Source: a virus. Taken from it: DNA of 64,000 nt. The stretch covers positions 17,696 to 81,695 of the IMG/VR virus record IMGVR_UViG_3300046542_000086. One strand, 5' to 3'. A program made the translations under genes and the position numbers. A model generated the notes under the pieces. It was not told the origin of the DNA and did not search any database. It saw only the letters and a list, made by a program, of their open reading frames with translations. Shown in pieces: positions 1 to 10,671 of the stretch. The number at the start of each line of letters is the position of its first letter. Position 1 is the stretch's first letter.

Positions 1-528
1 ATCCACTCGACCACCAGCATTGCTTTGACGACCGATGGGGAAGCTATCCTCAAAGACCGTCAACGTAGCTTCTCGACGTACAAGCGGTACATCCACAGTG
101 TGATCCCTGATAGACAAACGTTTATCCGTGACGAGGTGGTGTCAGTTATTACAGATGCCATGCACACTATGTCCCCGAAGTTATTTATCGACGTATTGGA
201 ACACTGTAGTGCTAACTACGGCAAAGCCCAACACGCTGAGATTGGGGAGTTGTGCGATGAGACGTTACTCCACGCCTTTGAGTTCTTGGCCACTAACCGT
301 GCGCTACTGCGCAACCAAGGCGACCTGAGTAAACTCCTAACGCGTCTGCGTTCGTTGTATATGGCCTCCCGGATGGTAGATCCTGTATTACTGAAAATGC
401 GTGACCTTGCTGACAGCATTGTAGCCAAGTCCTCAATCAGTAAGAACAAAGCCATGCAAGCCAGTCTCCGAACGGGTTTGGAGTTGTACATCGTCCTGCG
501 CACCTTTACCATGAACTACTACTCTTGA
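1..528 (+). CDS. C-terminal part of probable non-virion RNA polymerase promoter-specificity subunit (phiKZ gp68-like), truncated by the window edge
   Basis: Frame is open from base 1 (IHSTTSIALTTDGEAILKD...). The C-terminus YMASR...RTGLELYIVLRTFTMNYYS resembles gp68-family ends as recalled. Not verified by search. Confidence 0.6.
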   Translation: MHSTTSIALTTDGEAILKDRQRSFSTYKRYIHSVIPDRQTFIRDEVVSVITDAMHTMSPKLFIDVLEHCSANYGKAQHAEIGELCDETLLHAFEFLATNRALLRNQGDLSKLLTRLRSLYMASRMVDPVLLKMRDLADSIVAKSSISKNKAMQASLRTGLELYIVLRTFTMNYYS

Positions 529-535
529 GGCAACC

Positions 536-904
536 ATGAAAGAACTGCTCCGCGCACTGGGCACCCAATTCAATACTGAAAAGTCGAAGTGGGATCTGAT
601 CATCGAGCGTCCTCCGTTTGAGCCGGAGTTGCGTAAGATTATCAAAAGTACCCGACAGGTGATTAAGACCACCACGAAGATCAGAAGTTGGCAGTGCCTG
701 TGGTGGAATGGTTACGAGGAAGAAGTGGTGGTGGATTACCACGTTGTTCACTACCTGGTTCGCGGTGACGTCCTGTCGTACACCAAACGCTCTACCAATG
801 GGCAGGTTGATCCTGCTAAGTTGGAAGCGTTGTACCAAGAGTCGTTGTTCTACGTCAAAGGTGCTTTGGCTGAAGACGAGTTCTTCGCCGAGATCAATGA
901 GTAA
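536..904 (+). CDS. hypothetical protein
   Basis: 122-aa ORF with GAGG RBS, followed by a terminator hairpin. Confidence 0.75.
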   Translation: MKELLRALGTQFNTEKSKWDLIIERPPFEPELRKIIKSTRQVIKTTTKIRSWQCLWWNGYEEEVVVDYHVVHYLVRGDVLSYTKRSTNGQVDPAKLEALYQESLFYVKGALAEDEFFAEINE

Positions 905-906
905 GC

Positions 907-940
907 GCATAACGAGGGAGGCCTAGGCCTCCCTCTATGC
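907..940. terminator. bidirectional hairpin terminator between convergent genes
   Basis: GCATA-ac-GAGGGAGGC-ctag-GCCTCCCTC-TATGC. Confidence 0.8.
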
Positions 941-943
941 CGT

Positions 944-3154
944 CTATCGACGCATCAGTGCTTGCCAGTGACTGGTGTCACGTTTGGTCGAGTTACCGCC
1001 CCAGTTGATTCCCTTCTGGAAGAAATCACTTTGAGTCAGTCGCTGAGACTTCTGGTTACGAGCCATCCGTTCATCAGCCGCACGCTTGATCAAGGAGTCC
1101 ATGTTAGTGATCTCCTCGGAGTCTTCCTCAACCCGAGTACTCAAGAACCGCAAACGAGCCTCACACTTAGTCACAGTGAAAGTATCATTAGCATCCGTGA
1201 GCTGAGCGTACAAGTCGTCAATCTCCTTACGGAACAGCTTCTGCATCTGTCGCTCGTAGATCTCCTCCTGAGTCATCTGCTTACTATTGTCACTGACCCC
1301 AATCATTACCTGACTTCGGTCAATCCCATAGAACTCGAGGTTCTTCCCGATCGTGAGCAACCAGTTCGCCAACAGCCACGCAACTACCGTGTCATCGTGT
1401 CCAGAAGCTTCGTGGTCAATCCTACCCCGCTTCACTACCAACGCTCGGATCTCTCCTGACAGCACCTTATCCCTCACCAGATGTCCTGCCTTCTTCGCCG
1501 CGTTCTGCAACACAGTGGAGTAGAGGGTCATCCGTGATTCAGCTGAGGTGTTGAAACCAAAGTACTTCTTGGTCGTGTCGTAGAAGCTGGTGGTACGACT
1601 ACCCGCAGGCTTGGAGATCTCTTTGAACAGATCTGGCTTCTCGTTAGCTTCATCGACAATGCGGTTGAAGATACGACGGAATGGATCGATACCGTGTTTA
1701 GGCAGGATCATCAACAGGGCGTCAACGATCATCTGGCCAGTGGACTTCTTCTCAGGGATCAAGGTCATGTTAGGGTACTTAACCATGATCTCAGCCAGAG
1801 CGTTCGAGAAGCGGATCAAGTTGGTTTCGTTCACAGTGAACGCACCGACTACCGACAGGTCACGCGCAGAGATAATCACACCAGCAATGGCGTCTCGCCC
1901 TACGGCTTCTGAAGTATCGAGACCGAGGATAAACTGGTCGTTGCGTTTGGCCGCTTCCAGTTCCTTCTCGTCCAAGTACCAACGAATGCAGTACAGCTCT
2001 TTCGTGATCTCGGTGTGTTTGACATCTCGTACCGAATCGCGAATCTTTTCGTTGAGTGCTGGAGACAGTGGAGAACTCTGTGTACCAGAAGTCCACACGT
2101 TGAAGAAGTCACGGTCAGCTGCTTCACCAAACGAGGAAGCCTGTGCCATCGCTTCGTACAGCCATTCGTCAGTGTAACCCAATTGACGGTGACTGAAGGT
2201 AGCGTTGATCATCAACTTACGACCAGCGCAGTTGACTTTAACCATTTGACGTAGTGCTTCCAGATCCATGCAGTCGTAGAACAGTTCAGTCCAAGTCGCT
2301 GCACCGTGGATCATGTCGTACATGAACTTACCGTCACGGTCGTCTTTCTTACCGGCGGTTGTGGTAAAGATGTTTCCGTGTGGAGCCCCGTGTAGCTTAG
2401 CTTCAGCACGAGCGGTAGTAGCAGCAGCCAGTGCAGCAGGCAGTGTAGTACCGATGTGGTTAATGAAGGGACCTTCGTCGATGTGGGTAATCGGAGCAGT
2501 CAAACCCCGACCCAAGTTGTTTGCAGTGGACTCAGAGTTCTGAGCAACACCAGTGGTGTACTGGTTGTTGTGTTCCTTACAAGTAACTTCGAATTGGTTG
2601 TCCGAGTCTTCGCGGTGCTTAGGTACCAAGTACTGCGGCAACAGGTCACGCAGCTTCTTAATACGCTCCACGTTCTTCTTACGCAGACCGTCATCCTTCG
2701 TGATCATGTTGATGATGGAGTTACCAGCACCAATGAACAGAAGCCACAACATCACACAGTCAGTAGACACTGACTTACCTGTCTGTCGTGGTTGGATCAA
2801 CGCGATGTCGATACTGTTTAAGAAAGCCCAGGTGATCGCAATGTTGCCCCGGTTCGCTTTGTACGAAATAGGGTTAGGGCCGGACACTGGAGGAATGCGG
2901 ACGACTTCACGCAGGAAGTACCAGATGTTGTAGCGACACTCCAAACCGATCGCAATCTTGGTTGCATCAGACAGAATAGCGCTGTGTGGATCTACCCCTT
3001 TCAAGTCTTGGTTGATCAAGGCTAAGGGGAAAAACCGGTTCTTTATGCCCATTTCATCGTACAAGGAAACCAGTCGTAGAAAGGACTCGTTCTTTGTGTC
3101 GAAGTCTGGTCTGGCAGTACTAAACCGATTCCAATCTTGGTGAAATAGAATCAT
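944..3154 (-). CDS. terL: terminase large subunit (phiKZ gp25-like)
   Basis: Walker A PRQTGKS, Walker B THIDEG, nuclease motifs GLDTSEAVGRD and HDDTVVAW. Start moved to MILFHQDW (ATG at 3154) because the track's upstream extension crosses a terminator. Confidence 0.92.
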   Translation of the reverse strand: MILFHQDWNRFSTARPDFDTKNESFLRLVSLYDEMGIKNRFFPLALINQDLKGVDPHSAILSDATKIAIGLECRYNIWYFLREVVRIPPVSGPNPISYKANRGNIAITWAFLNSIDIALIQPRQTGKSVSTDCVMLWLLFIGAGNSIINMITKDDGLRKKNVERIKKLRDLLPQYLVPKHREDSDNQFEVTCKEHNNQYTTGVAQNSESTANNLGRGLTAPITHIDEGPFINHIGTTLPAALAAATTARAEAKLHGAPHGNIFTTTAGKKDDRDGKFMYDMIHGAATWTELFYDCMDLEALRQMVKVNCAGRKLMINATFSHRQLGYTDEWLYEAMAQASSFGEAADRDFFNVWTSGTQSSPLSPALNEKIRDSVRDVKHTEITKELYCIRWYLDEKELEAAKRNDQFILGLDTSEAVGRDAIAGVIISARDLSVVGAFTVNETNLIRFSNALAEIMVKYPNMTLIPEKKSTGQMIVDALLMILPKHGIDPFRRIFNRIVDEANEKPDLFKEISKPAGSRTTSFYDTTKKYFGFNTSAESRMTLYSTVLQNAAKKAGHLVRDKVLSGEIRALVVKRGRIDHEASGHDDTVVAWLLANWLLTIGKNLEFYGIDRSQVMIGVSDNSKQMTQEEIYERQMQKLFRKEIDDLYAQLTDANDTFTVTKCEARLRFLSTRVEEDSEEITNMDSLIKRAADERMARNQKSQRLTQSDFFQKGINWGGNSTKRDTSHWQALMRR

Positions 3155-3201
3155 AGGGGAACCCGTGGGTATAGGGAAGTATTCATAGGTATACCCCACA
3201 G

Positions 3202-3230
3202 GGCATAAACGGAGCCCGAAGGCCCCGTTC
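3202..3230 (-). terminator. intrinsic terminator after the baseplate/virion operon
   Basis: Minus strand AACGGGGCC-TTCG-GGCTCCGTT-TATGCCC. Confidence 0.75.
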
Positions 3231-3237
3231 ACTTAGA

Positions 3238-4926
3238 TCACGCCGAAGCGTCCTGTTGCAACACGATCATGCCACCGATGCCGAGCTGGAGATCAGCCTC
3301 AGGTAGACGACGGATGAAGCGAATGAACAACGGTTCACCACTTGCCGGTACCGCAGGAACCAACAGCTCAGTGTTCCAACGATCAATCGGGTAAGTGTAC
3401 TCCGTACCATTGATCATCAAGATGAAATGGTTTGGTTCTGGAGCACGGGTTTCCGATTGGGTGTTAACCAACGGCTCGGAGTTGTAGAACACCTTCTGGA
3501 GCCAAGTCGATTGCAATTCCAGTCCGCAGTCGATCTTGATCTTCCAGTTGTTGACGTTGACAAAGGTCGTGATCGCTCGCAGACCCTTACCGTACAACTC
3601 AGCTTGACCTGGACTGTACTCGATGTTCCAACCGTTGCTGGTGTCGTTCCCTGGAGCCAACAGACCGATACCAATCTCTTGCGAGTGGCGCCAGTTACCG
3701 TAGCTGGAGTCCAAGTCAGACATGTTGATACCGACTGTAACCCGCTGAAGCGGACCGTAAGCAATCGGATCGAACGGGTTGGAGTTCACACCGAAGGTCA
3801 CCATCGAAGTCACTTCGAAGAACTGCGAACGGTTCAAGTTGAACAAGAACCAGCGCAGGCGGTAACCCGATACAGCATCGACCCATTGCGGGAAGCAGAA
3901 CAGCTTGACCGAGAACGCACCATCGAGTCGTGTAGTGGTTGCCCAATACGGAACCGACATGTGTTTCTGCAAGCTGGCTGAAGCGCCGTAGACGTATTCC
4001 TCAGCCGACAGACGGTAAGACAGAACCAACTCAACCTTCTGACCTACGATCGTCGCAATGAAGTTCTGCAAGCCGTACAGGTTGAACTTAGTACCATCCA
4101 CTGGGAACTGTTTCTTCGAACCGTCACTGTAAGTCACCACACCTCGGGCGTTGAGGGCTTCGACTGGCATGTTGATCGCAAACTTCAACAGACTGTCATC
4201 GCCTTCCGAGATAAACGGAGACTCCAAGTGAATACTGGTGATGAACTTCTTCGACGCGTCCGTAGTACGGATAAACGCCGTGTTCATGATCAACAGTTTA
4301 GCCAACGAGGTCACGTTACCGACATCATCGTACATTACGACAGTGACGACTTCGTTATCCGGCAGCTGCTGGTTCGTGTAACCAACCATCGGGGTTTTCA
4401 CCGCGTAGTTGATTGCTGAAGGAACACCTGACTGTGGGTTGGTCGGCATCTGAACCAGTTCGAGTGGGATGTTCTCCCCGAGCAAAGTACCACCTTGGTC
4501 ATACATCGCCGAGATGACTTTGGACTCGTCACTGATGTCCGTACCCCAGAACACTTTGATCTGACTCACGCTAGTACCGTACACCCGCAAGCGAGAGTCG
4601 ATAGCCAGTACGTGAGGGATTACCGAAGTGTCCAGATACACACGGTAGGATTCTGACTGATAGCCAGGTCCCACGCCCAACAGCATGTCTTCCTCGGTCA
4701 CAGTCTCACCGGTAGCCGGTGGAACGTATTGAACCAGTTGGCTCAGACCAGTAGACAGGTTGACACTGGCGACGCGCCACAGACCAGTGATCCAGTCCCA
4801 GACTTCATCGTCGATGTTGGGGATGTATACACCAGTACCCGTGGGGCCGGTATAGATTTCACTTTTTAGCCACCGACGGTGTCCCCGGTTAGGATCGCCA
4901 ATCGGGACAATAGCCACATCACTCAT
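3238..4926 (-). CDS. virion structural/baseplate protein (phiKZ gp26-like)
   Basis: ~560-aa ORF; synteny terminase-gp26-gp27-gp28 | sheath-tube as in phiKZ-like phages; start may be 4926 or 4938. Confidence 0.7.
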   Translation of the reverse strand: MSDVAIVPIGDPNRGHRRWLKSEIYTGPTGTGVYIPNIDDEVWDWITGLWRVASVNLSTGLSQLVQYVPPATGETVTEEDMLLGVGPGYQSESYRVYLDTSVIPHVLAIDSRLRVYGTSVSQIKVFWGTDISDESKVISAMYDQGGTLLGENIPLELVQMPTNPQSGVPSAINYAVKTPMVGYTNQQLPDNEVVTVVMYDDVGNVTSLAKLLIMNTAFIRTTDASKKFITSIHLESPFISEGDDSLLKFAINMPVEALNARGVVTYSDGSKKQFPVDGTKFNLYGLQNFIATIVGQKVELVLSYRLSAEEYVYGASASLQKHMSVPYWATTTRLDGAFSVKLFCFPQWVDAVSGYRLRWFLFNLNRSQFFEVTSMVTFGVNSNPFDPIAYGPLQRVTVGINMSDLDSSYGNWRHSQEIGIGLLAPGNDTSNGWNIEYSPGQAELYGKGLRAITTFVNVNNWKIKIDCGLELQSTWLQKVFYNSEPLVNTQSETRAPEPNHFILMINGTEYTYPIDRWNTELLVPAVPASGEPLFIRFIRRLPEADLQLGIGGMIVLQQDASA

Positions 4927-4928
4927 GG

Positions 4929-7499
4929 TTATACCCATCCGTCTTTGATAGAGATAAAGTGACTGATGTCAACTTTAGACTCCAAGTAAAAGGCAATAGC
5001 CCGTTTTAAGAAGTTGTACTGGTAGATGTTCAACTCCACTACGCTGGACCGGTGGTGTGGATGGATACTGACGTACCGCGTGTCCACATCCTGCTTACAC
5101 GGATCGAAATCCAGCAGGTACTCGTAAGAGGCCAGCCAACGCTTGATGTCCATGTCACCGTAGTGGGTCATCATCTGGTCGTCCCAGATCACTCCACTGA
5201 TCAGGTCAAACATCACCTTGCACGCAAACGGGCTGAACACCTCGTAACGCTCAGTGATAACGTTTGGATCAGACACCTGTGGCTCAGGAAGCTTCAAGGT
5301 GAGGTAGTTGGAGATACTCGTGTCGATTGCCTGCGACTTAGCACGCAATGAGTAAGTGTTCTCGTCCACCAGATTACGCAACGGGACAACCACGTCATCA
5401 ATCAGGTACGGGCTTCCGTTTTGCACGACGTTAGTGAGGTACACACCACTGTGCTCTTCTGCAAACTTCAGCTTGTCACGAGTCAGCGTCTTTCCACGCA
5501 CGATGATCCGCATGACTTTGTCGTCACGAATATCGAAGCGTTTATTACGACTGAGCAAACCTAGGTTCACAAAACCAAACTCAGCAGGTGGCTCCATCGA
5601 CATGTCGTCGTCAGGGAAACCTGTTACCCGCACCACTACGTTCTGGGTGTCACCTGGGACCAAGAACTCGCGGTTCGTGATCGTGACGTACGGCCAGTTC
5701 AAGAAGTAGTCGAGACCTTCGATCAAGGCGTGTCGATTCAAGAACAGTTCGACCTTACCCATCCGCAGGTTCATCGGCTGGTTATAGTAGTTACCGTCGC
5801 TGCGCTTTTCAGTCGCTTTGATCGGGAAGTAGTACAACCCATCTGGAGCTGTGATGTTGACGCTGTAAGTCAGGAACTTGCGGTCATCACGTACAGCGGT
5901 ATACCACGACACTCGGTCGAGCATCCAGACCACTTTACCATCAACGAAGGTGTAGTCAACGTCTTCCACCGCCGTGACCCAGTTATACGACGGCGTACCA
6001 GCCACCATCGAACACTTGTAGTATCGATAGTTGTAGACCGGATCAATCGTCGTGGTCAGGGCGTTATAGACAGTGTCCAAGATCTCAGAACCTGTCCCCA
6101 CCAGAGCCTCAACCAAACGACAGTCGACGTTACGTGGGTTGTAGTAGACCCCGGAGGTGTGAGGATAGATCCCCAATAGCAAACCGTCAGCGTCAAACTC
6201 GTAGCACGTCGCCGCACTCTGCAAACCGTAAGGCATGGTCGCAAAGCGGTCACGGGTGAGTACTGTCACCTTCTGTGGCGTGTCAGCAACCAACTTACTG
6301 ATGGCGTTGTAGCCATAAGCGTTCTGTACCAACTCACGAGTAATCCCAGGACCTAAGTCCCGCATCACTTTAGGGTACATGGCTGCTTCGAGGTTGTCGG
6401 CTCGCCAAACGGCTACAGTCGATTCAATCCCGAGCATGGCTTTAGGGATGTCTGCCGCACTGAGTTTGTACAACTCTTTAATGCGGGAGTTCTCATTCAC
6501 CAGCGGACGTTTCCATCCTGACTCACGAATGCACAACCGAACCGTGATGTCTGAGGGATTGGACCAACCTTCTTTAGCCGCAATGAAACCTGCCACGTAA
6601 GGCACTACAATCGAGTAGTCCTTGTGCGTGACCATGCGCATCGAGTCTTCCTGATTGCGGTGATGGAACACCCCAGTAAAGCGACCGTTGGTCTCTTTCT
6701 TGATCAGGTAGATGTCAATGTCATCGCAGTAGTCGATCGTTTCCTGTTGGTCAGCGGTGTAGTGCAACAGGTACTTGAACTTATTGTCCAAGCTACTGGT
6801 GAACGTACTGAGCCCACTGATCGGCAAGTCTACTACCCGACGAATTGTCGAATCGTAAACGTACTCCAACACATCCCCCACCTTGTAGCGGTTAGGTTGG
6901 AAGTCGTCGACCAGATAGCCGTTGCAGTAAGCGTAGGTGTGACCCAACTTAGCTTTCCAAGCGAGGTACTCACGTTGGAAGGTTAGCAGGCGACCAGAGT
7001 CTCCATCGAACGTGTAGCCATTAACGACCACAGAGTTCGCCACGTTGTACGAACGTTCAGAAGCCAAGTAGGCGTTGGAGTAAACCCGGAAGAACACGGG
7101 CTCGTTGTACAGGCTATCAAACTGCTCGTTACGCTTAATGGCGATCACGAGGTTTCGATCACCCATCACTTGGAAATACGCCAAGTGGCGAGGAATCTGA
7201 ACACCGTCGTTGTTGTACAGATCCACCATCATCTTCGCCTCATTACAGACGACGGAGAACGGGGTCCAGGTCTTCCACGAGTCAACCAACCCGAGGAGCT
7301 TAGGATGAATCTGTCCAATCCAGTAAACGTTGAAGGTATCGGTGCGGTTTGGCAACACGATGGTTTGCCATTCTACATCGACCAAACGAGTAGTACCGTA
7401 CGGCCCAGTGATGTGTGCCAAACGGTAGATGTATTGATAGTCCTGATCGGGAGTGCACCAGACATTGTCTAGCGCGTGCTCAATCAAGAAATCAGACAT
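4929..7499 (-). CDS. virion structural/baseplate protein (phiKZ gp27-like)
   Basis: 856-aa ORF starting MSDFLIEHALDNVWCTPDQD; conserved position. Confidence 0.72.
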   Translation of the reverse strand: MSDFLIEHALDNVWCTPDQDYQYIYRLAHITGPYGTTRLVDVEWQTIVLPNRTDTFNVYWIGQIHPKLLGLVDSWKTWTPFSVVCNEAKMMVDLYNNDGVQIPRHLAYFQVMGDRNLVIAIKRNEQFDSLYNEPVFFRVYSNAYLASERSYNVANSVVVNGYTFDGDSGRLLTFQREYLAWKAKLGHTYAYCNGYLVDDFQPNRYKVGDVLEYVYDSTIRRVVDLPISGLSTFTSSLDNKFKYLLHYTADQQETIDYCDDIDIYLIKKETNGRFTGVFHHRNQEDSMRMVTHKDYSIVVPYVAGFIAAKEGWSNPSDITVRLCIRESGWKRPLVNENSRIKELYKLSAADIPKAMLGIESTVAVWRADNLEAAMYPKVMRDLGPGITRELVQNAYGYNAISKLVADTPQKVTVLTRDRFATMPYGLQSAATCYEFDADGLLLGIYPHTSGVYYNPRNVDCRLVEALVGTGSEILDTVYNALTTTIDPVYNYRYYKCSMVAGTPSYNWVTAVEDVDYTFVDGKVVWMLDRVSWYTAVRDDRKFLTYSVNITAPDGLYYFPIKATEKRSDGNYYNQPMNLRMGKVELFLNRHALIEGLDYFLNWPYVTITNREFLVPGDTQNVVVRVTGFPDDDMSMEPPAEFGFVNLGLLSRNKRFDIRDDKVMRIIVRGKTLTRDKLKFAEEHSGVYLTNVVQNGSPYLIDDVVVPLRNLVDENTYSLRAKSQAIDTSISNYLTLKLPEPQVSDPNVITERYEVFSPFACKVMFDLISGVIWDDQMMTHYGDMDIKRWLASYEYLLDFDPCKQDVDTRYVSIHPHHRSSVVELNIYQYNFLKRAIAFYLESKVDISHFISIKDGWV

Positions 7500-8403
7500 T
7501 CAAGGCCTCGATTAGACGTGAAACGTTCAGGAGGAAACTCTTGCCTGCGTTGTTACGATCGGACGCTTGAACGATCTTGGCAACACCCGAGTTACGGTAG
7601 CTGCGATCCAACAGAGACATGTACACCATCGCCAAAAACGTCGGGACGTGTTCCAGTGCCACAGCCATGGTTTCTTTCTGGTTCAGACCAAACCAACCAC
7701 CGCCAACAATAGCGAACAACAGTGGAACGTTGAGGTTCTCACCGCGCTTGTTGTTCAGCACTTCTTTAAGCACTGCAACGAAGTCTTCTGGACCGTCCAT
7801 GTGACGCAATGAAGCGGCGTGATCGAATACCACGTCGGCTGGAATGCGGGTAGCTCGAGCTACTTTCAACGCAATCTTTTGCAGTTCACGCTCGTCGAGT
7901 TCTTCGGCAGGACGGAACATACAAGCGTACCAAACGGCAGCAGTCATGGTGATCAGCATTTGTTCTTGCGGACTGAACATCAAACGCTTGGTGATGTTCT
8001 CACCGAGGTAACGGGCAAACACGGTCATGGGGAGATCACCCAAACCAGCCATGTCTTCTACACCGTAACGGTGGGCATAAACAGTCAGTGCAGCACGCAC
8101 CATGTTGAAGTTGTATTCACCCATGTTGCTGATGCTCAGCTCGTCACCCTTACGACCACGAGTGTAACCCCGTACGTCCAGAATCACCATCTCGCTGCCG
8201 TCACGCGACTTGAAGAACAGTGGGTGAGCAAAGCCGGGTACTTCTTTGTTCTCAGGACTCACGCCCCAGACGCAATTGATGTACTTACCATTCAGCTTCA
8301 GAGGTTGCAGCTCGCCTTCAATCTCAGCGAGGGACAGAGCCTTTTTAATGCCGTCCATTTGGTACCCAGCACAGGGTTTTGTTTCATACGGTGAGATCTT
8401 CAT
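7492..8403 (-). CDS. conserved virion-associated protein (phiKZ gp28-like)
   Basis: 303-aa ORF overlapping the next gene by 8 bp; divergent from the sheath gene. Confidence 0.65.
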   Translation of the reverse strand: MKISPYETKPCAGYQMDGIKKALSLAEIEGELQPLKLNGKYINCVWGVSPENKEVPGFAHPLFFKSRDGSEMVILDVRGYTRGRKGDELSISNMGEYNFNMVRAALTVYAHRYGVEDMAGLGDLPMTVFARYLGENITKRLMFSPQEQMLITMTAAVWYACMFRPAEELDERELQKIALKVARATRIPADVVFDHAASLRHMDGPEDFVAVLKEVLNNKRGENLNVPLLFAIVGGGWFGLNQKETMAVALEHVPTFLAMVYMSLLDRSYRNSGVAKIVQASDRNNAGKSFLLNVSRLIEALNV

Positions 8404-8500
8404 TCGCTCAGGTCCCCAGTGGAATGTAGGTGTAAAAGTTTACTAAACCGACATATATACATTTTAACTTAGAATAGTATGATGTATTCCATCGGTACGG

Positions 8501-8513
8501 TAACTATACCATT
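8501..8513 (-). promoter_or_regulatory. candidate late promoter motif AATGGTATAGTTA for the leftward structural operon
   Basis: Identical 13-mer at 59657-59669 and a 1-mismatch copy at 46864-46876; all three lie upstream of operon starts. Confidence 0.5.
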
Positions 8514-8613
8514 CAAGTCAATTCTCTCTCTAAAGGACCATGGCCTTGAAAGATGAGAGATTTGAGTGGGTTCCCAAAGCGGTAACTTAGATAGATCTAT
8601 CACAGGAGCTGTT

Positions 8614-10671
8614 ATGATCAATATCAGAAACGCTGCTCCTCGCGCAATCCTGAAGGGCTTCAAAGATGAGAGCGGTCGTGCTCCGGTTGTAGAACCGGAA
8701 CAGCTTCCTTCTCACTTGGCGCACTCGTTCATCTTCGCTGAACGTGGTACGCTTTTGCCCCAACTGGTTGTCGGGGACAGCCTGACTACTACTTACGGTG
8801 CCAAGTCATTCGACTACCGTTCGAAGTTTGCCAACCACCAAACCGTGCTGGTTAACACCATCAATGGCGAGGGCAACTCGCAGATGGTTCAACGTCTGGT
8901 TCCAGACGATGCCGCGACTGCAACGCTGGTTCTGTGGCTGGACGTGGTGGAAGATAACGTTCCCCAATTCGAGCGTAACACCGACCTGTCGTTTAAGCTG
9001 TCACAGCTGAACGAACGCATTCCTACCGCGACCGTGGTGCTCGGTCACCGTGTGCGCTGGGCTGTTGAAGTTCTCCCTGAGGGTAAAGCCCTGAGTGAGC
9101 TGGTTCCGAAAGTTGGTAGCCTGACTTCGGTTCTGAACAGCAGCCAATCCCAGATGTACCCAATCCACGCGTTCACCGTTGCCTCCCCAGGCTCGTACGG
9201 TAACCTGGTTGGCGTCCGTCTGTCAGCTCCGACTACCGTTTCGGCTTCACCAATCGACGATGCCACCGTAGATGCGGCGAAAGCCTATATGTACCGGTTC
9301 GCGATGGTTGAACGTCCAGACGAATTCTCCACCCCGAATGTGAAAGAAACAATTCAGGGTGAGCAGTCGGTTGACTTCACCTACAAGGCTGGCGTAATCA
9401 ACCGCAACGACAAGCTGGTATCTGTCGATGACGTGTTGCTGCAATCGTGGAACGCTTCGGCGATCAACGGTATCCCAGCGACCGTGGGCGTGATCAACGA
9501 TCACCACGTTTACCACGATCACATCGCTACTCTGCTGGCTCAGTTCCAAGCTGCTGAAGCCGAGTTCGATCTGATCTCTGACCTGGACGAAGACGTACAC
9601 CTCTTCAACTTCGTCGGCGGTACCTCGATCCAAAACGTACCGTACTACTCGTACGTCGTTGAAGGTCCTGCGTCCGGTGGGGTGCTCCTGTCCGAAACCT
9701 CCAGCCACTACGCCAAAGGTGGTGCTGACGGTACCCTGGACTTCGCTACTTTCGACGCACTCGTTGCTAACGCCACCGCCAACTACGGCGACCTGGCTGG
9801 CTTCGATTTCCTCGATACCGCGATCTACCCTCAGAGCTGCATCTACGATACCGGCTTCACGCTGGACACGAAGAAGAAGCTGCTGACCGTACTCGGTCGT
9901 CGTAAAGACATGTGGGTCGTGCTGTCGACTCAAGACGTGTCTGCCAAACAGAACACTCCGTCTGAAGAATCGAGCATCGCGGTTGCCCTGCGTACTGCTG
10001 CTCGTATGTACCCAGAATCGGAAGTTTACGGTACCCCGGTTTGCCGTGCTATCGTGATCGGCCACTCTGGCTACCTGATCAACTCCCAATGGACCAAACT
10101 GACCCCGCTGACCATCGAGTTCGCGGCCAAGTCGGCTCGTTACATGGGTGCTGGTAACGGTATCTGGAAATCGGCTTCGTCGTTCAGCATCTCCCCAGCT
10201 AACCAAGTCACCATGTTCCGTGACGTAAACGCCAGCTTCAAGAAAGCTGACGTCCGTTCACAAGACTGGGACACTGGTCTGGTGTGGGTACAGAACTACG
10301 ACCGCCGTAGCCTGTTCTTCCCGGCGTTCCAAACTGTGTACGATGACGACACCTCGATCCTGAACAGCTTCTTCAACATGGCTATCGCCGTGGAGCTGGA
10401 AAAGATCGCAGACCGCGCCTGGCGTGATCTGGTCGGTATCGACAGTCTGACCCCAGAGCAGTTCATCGCTCGTTCCAACCGCATCATCAGTCAAGCCGTA
10501 GCTGGTCGTTTCGACGGTCGTGTAACGATTGAGGTAGATACTTTCCTCACCGCAGCCGACACCCAGCGTGGTTACTCGTGGTCGTGTAACATCATCATGT
10601 ACGGTAACAACATGATGACCGTTGGTTCGTTCACCATCGTTGCCCGTCGTCGTGAGGATCTCGCACAATGA
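8614..10671 (+). CDS. tail sheath protein (phiKZ gp29-like)
   Basis: ~685 aa starting MINIRNAAPR after an AGGAG RBS; sheath-like motifs YDTGF and YPESEVYGTP; strong high-expression codon bias. Confidence 0.88.
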   Translation: MINIRNAAPRAILKGFKDESGRAPVVEPEQLPSHLAHSFIFAERGTLLPQLVVGDSLTTTYGAKSFDYRSKFANHQTVLVNTINGEGNSQMVQRLVPDDAATATLVLWLDVVEDNVPQFERNTDLSFKLSQLNERIPTATVVLGHRVRWAVEVLPEGKALSELVPKVGSLTSVLNSSQSQMYPIHAFTVASPGSYGNLVGVRLSAPTTVSASPIDDATVDAAKAYMYRFAMVERPDEFSTPNVKETIQGEQSVDFTYKAGVINRNDKLVSVDDVLLQSWNASAINGIPATVGVINDHHVYHDHIATLLAQFQAAEAEFDLISDLDEDVHLFNFVGGTSIQNVPYYSYVVEGPASGGVLLSETSSHYAKGGADGTLDFATFDALVANATANYGDLAGFDFLDTAIYPQSCIYDTGFTLDTKKKLLTVLGRRKDMWVVLSTQDVSAKQNTPSEESSIAVALRTAARMYPESEVYGTPVCRAIVIGHSGYLINSQWTKLTPLTIEFAAKSARYMGAGNGIWKSASSFSISPANQVTMFRDVNASFKKADVRSQDWDTGLVWVQNYDRRSLFFPAFQTVYDDDTSILNSFFNMAIAVELEKIADRAWRDLVGIDSLTPEQFIARSNRIISQAVAGRFDGRVTIEVDTFLTAADTQRGYSWSCNIIMYGNNMMTVGSFTIVARRREDLAQ

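Noticed and set aside
3155-3232. N-terminal extension of the terminase in the ORF track
   Set aside because: It crosses a terminator hairpin and a TATGAATAC promoter-like site; the family-like start is MILFHQDW at 3154.
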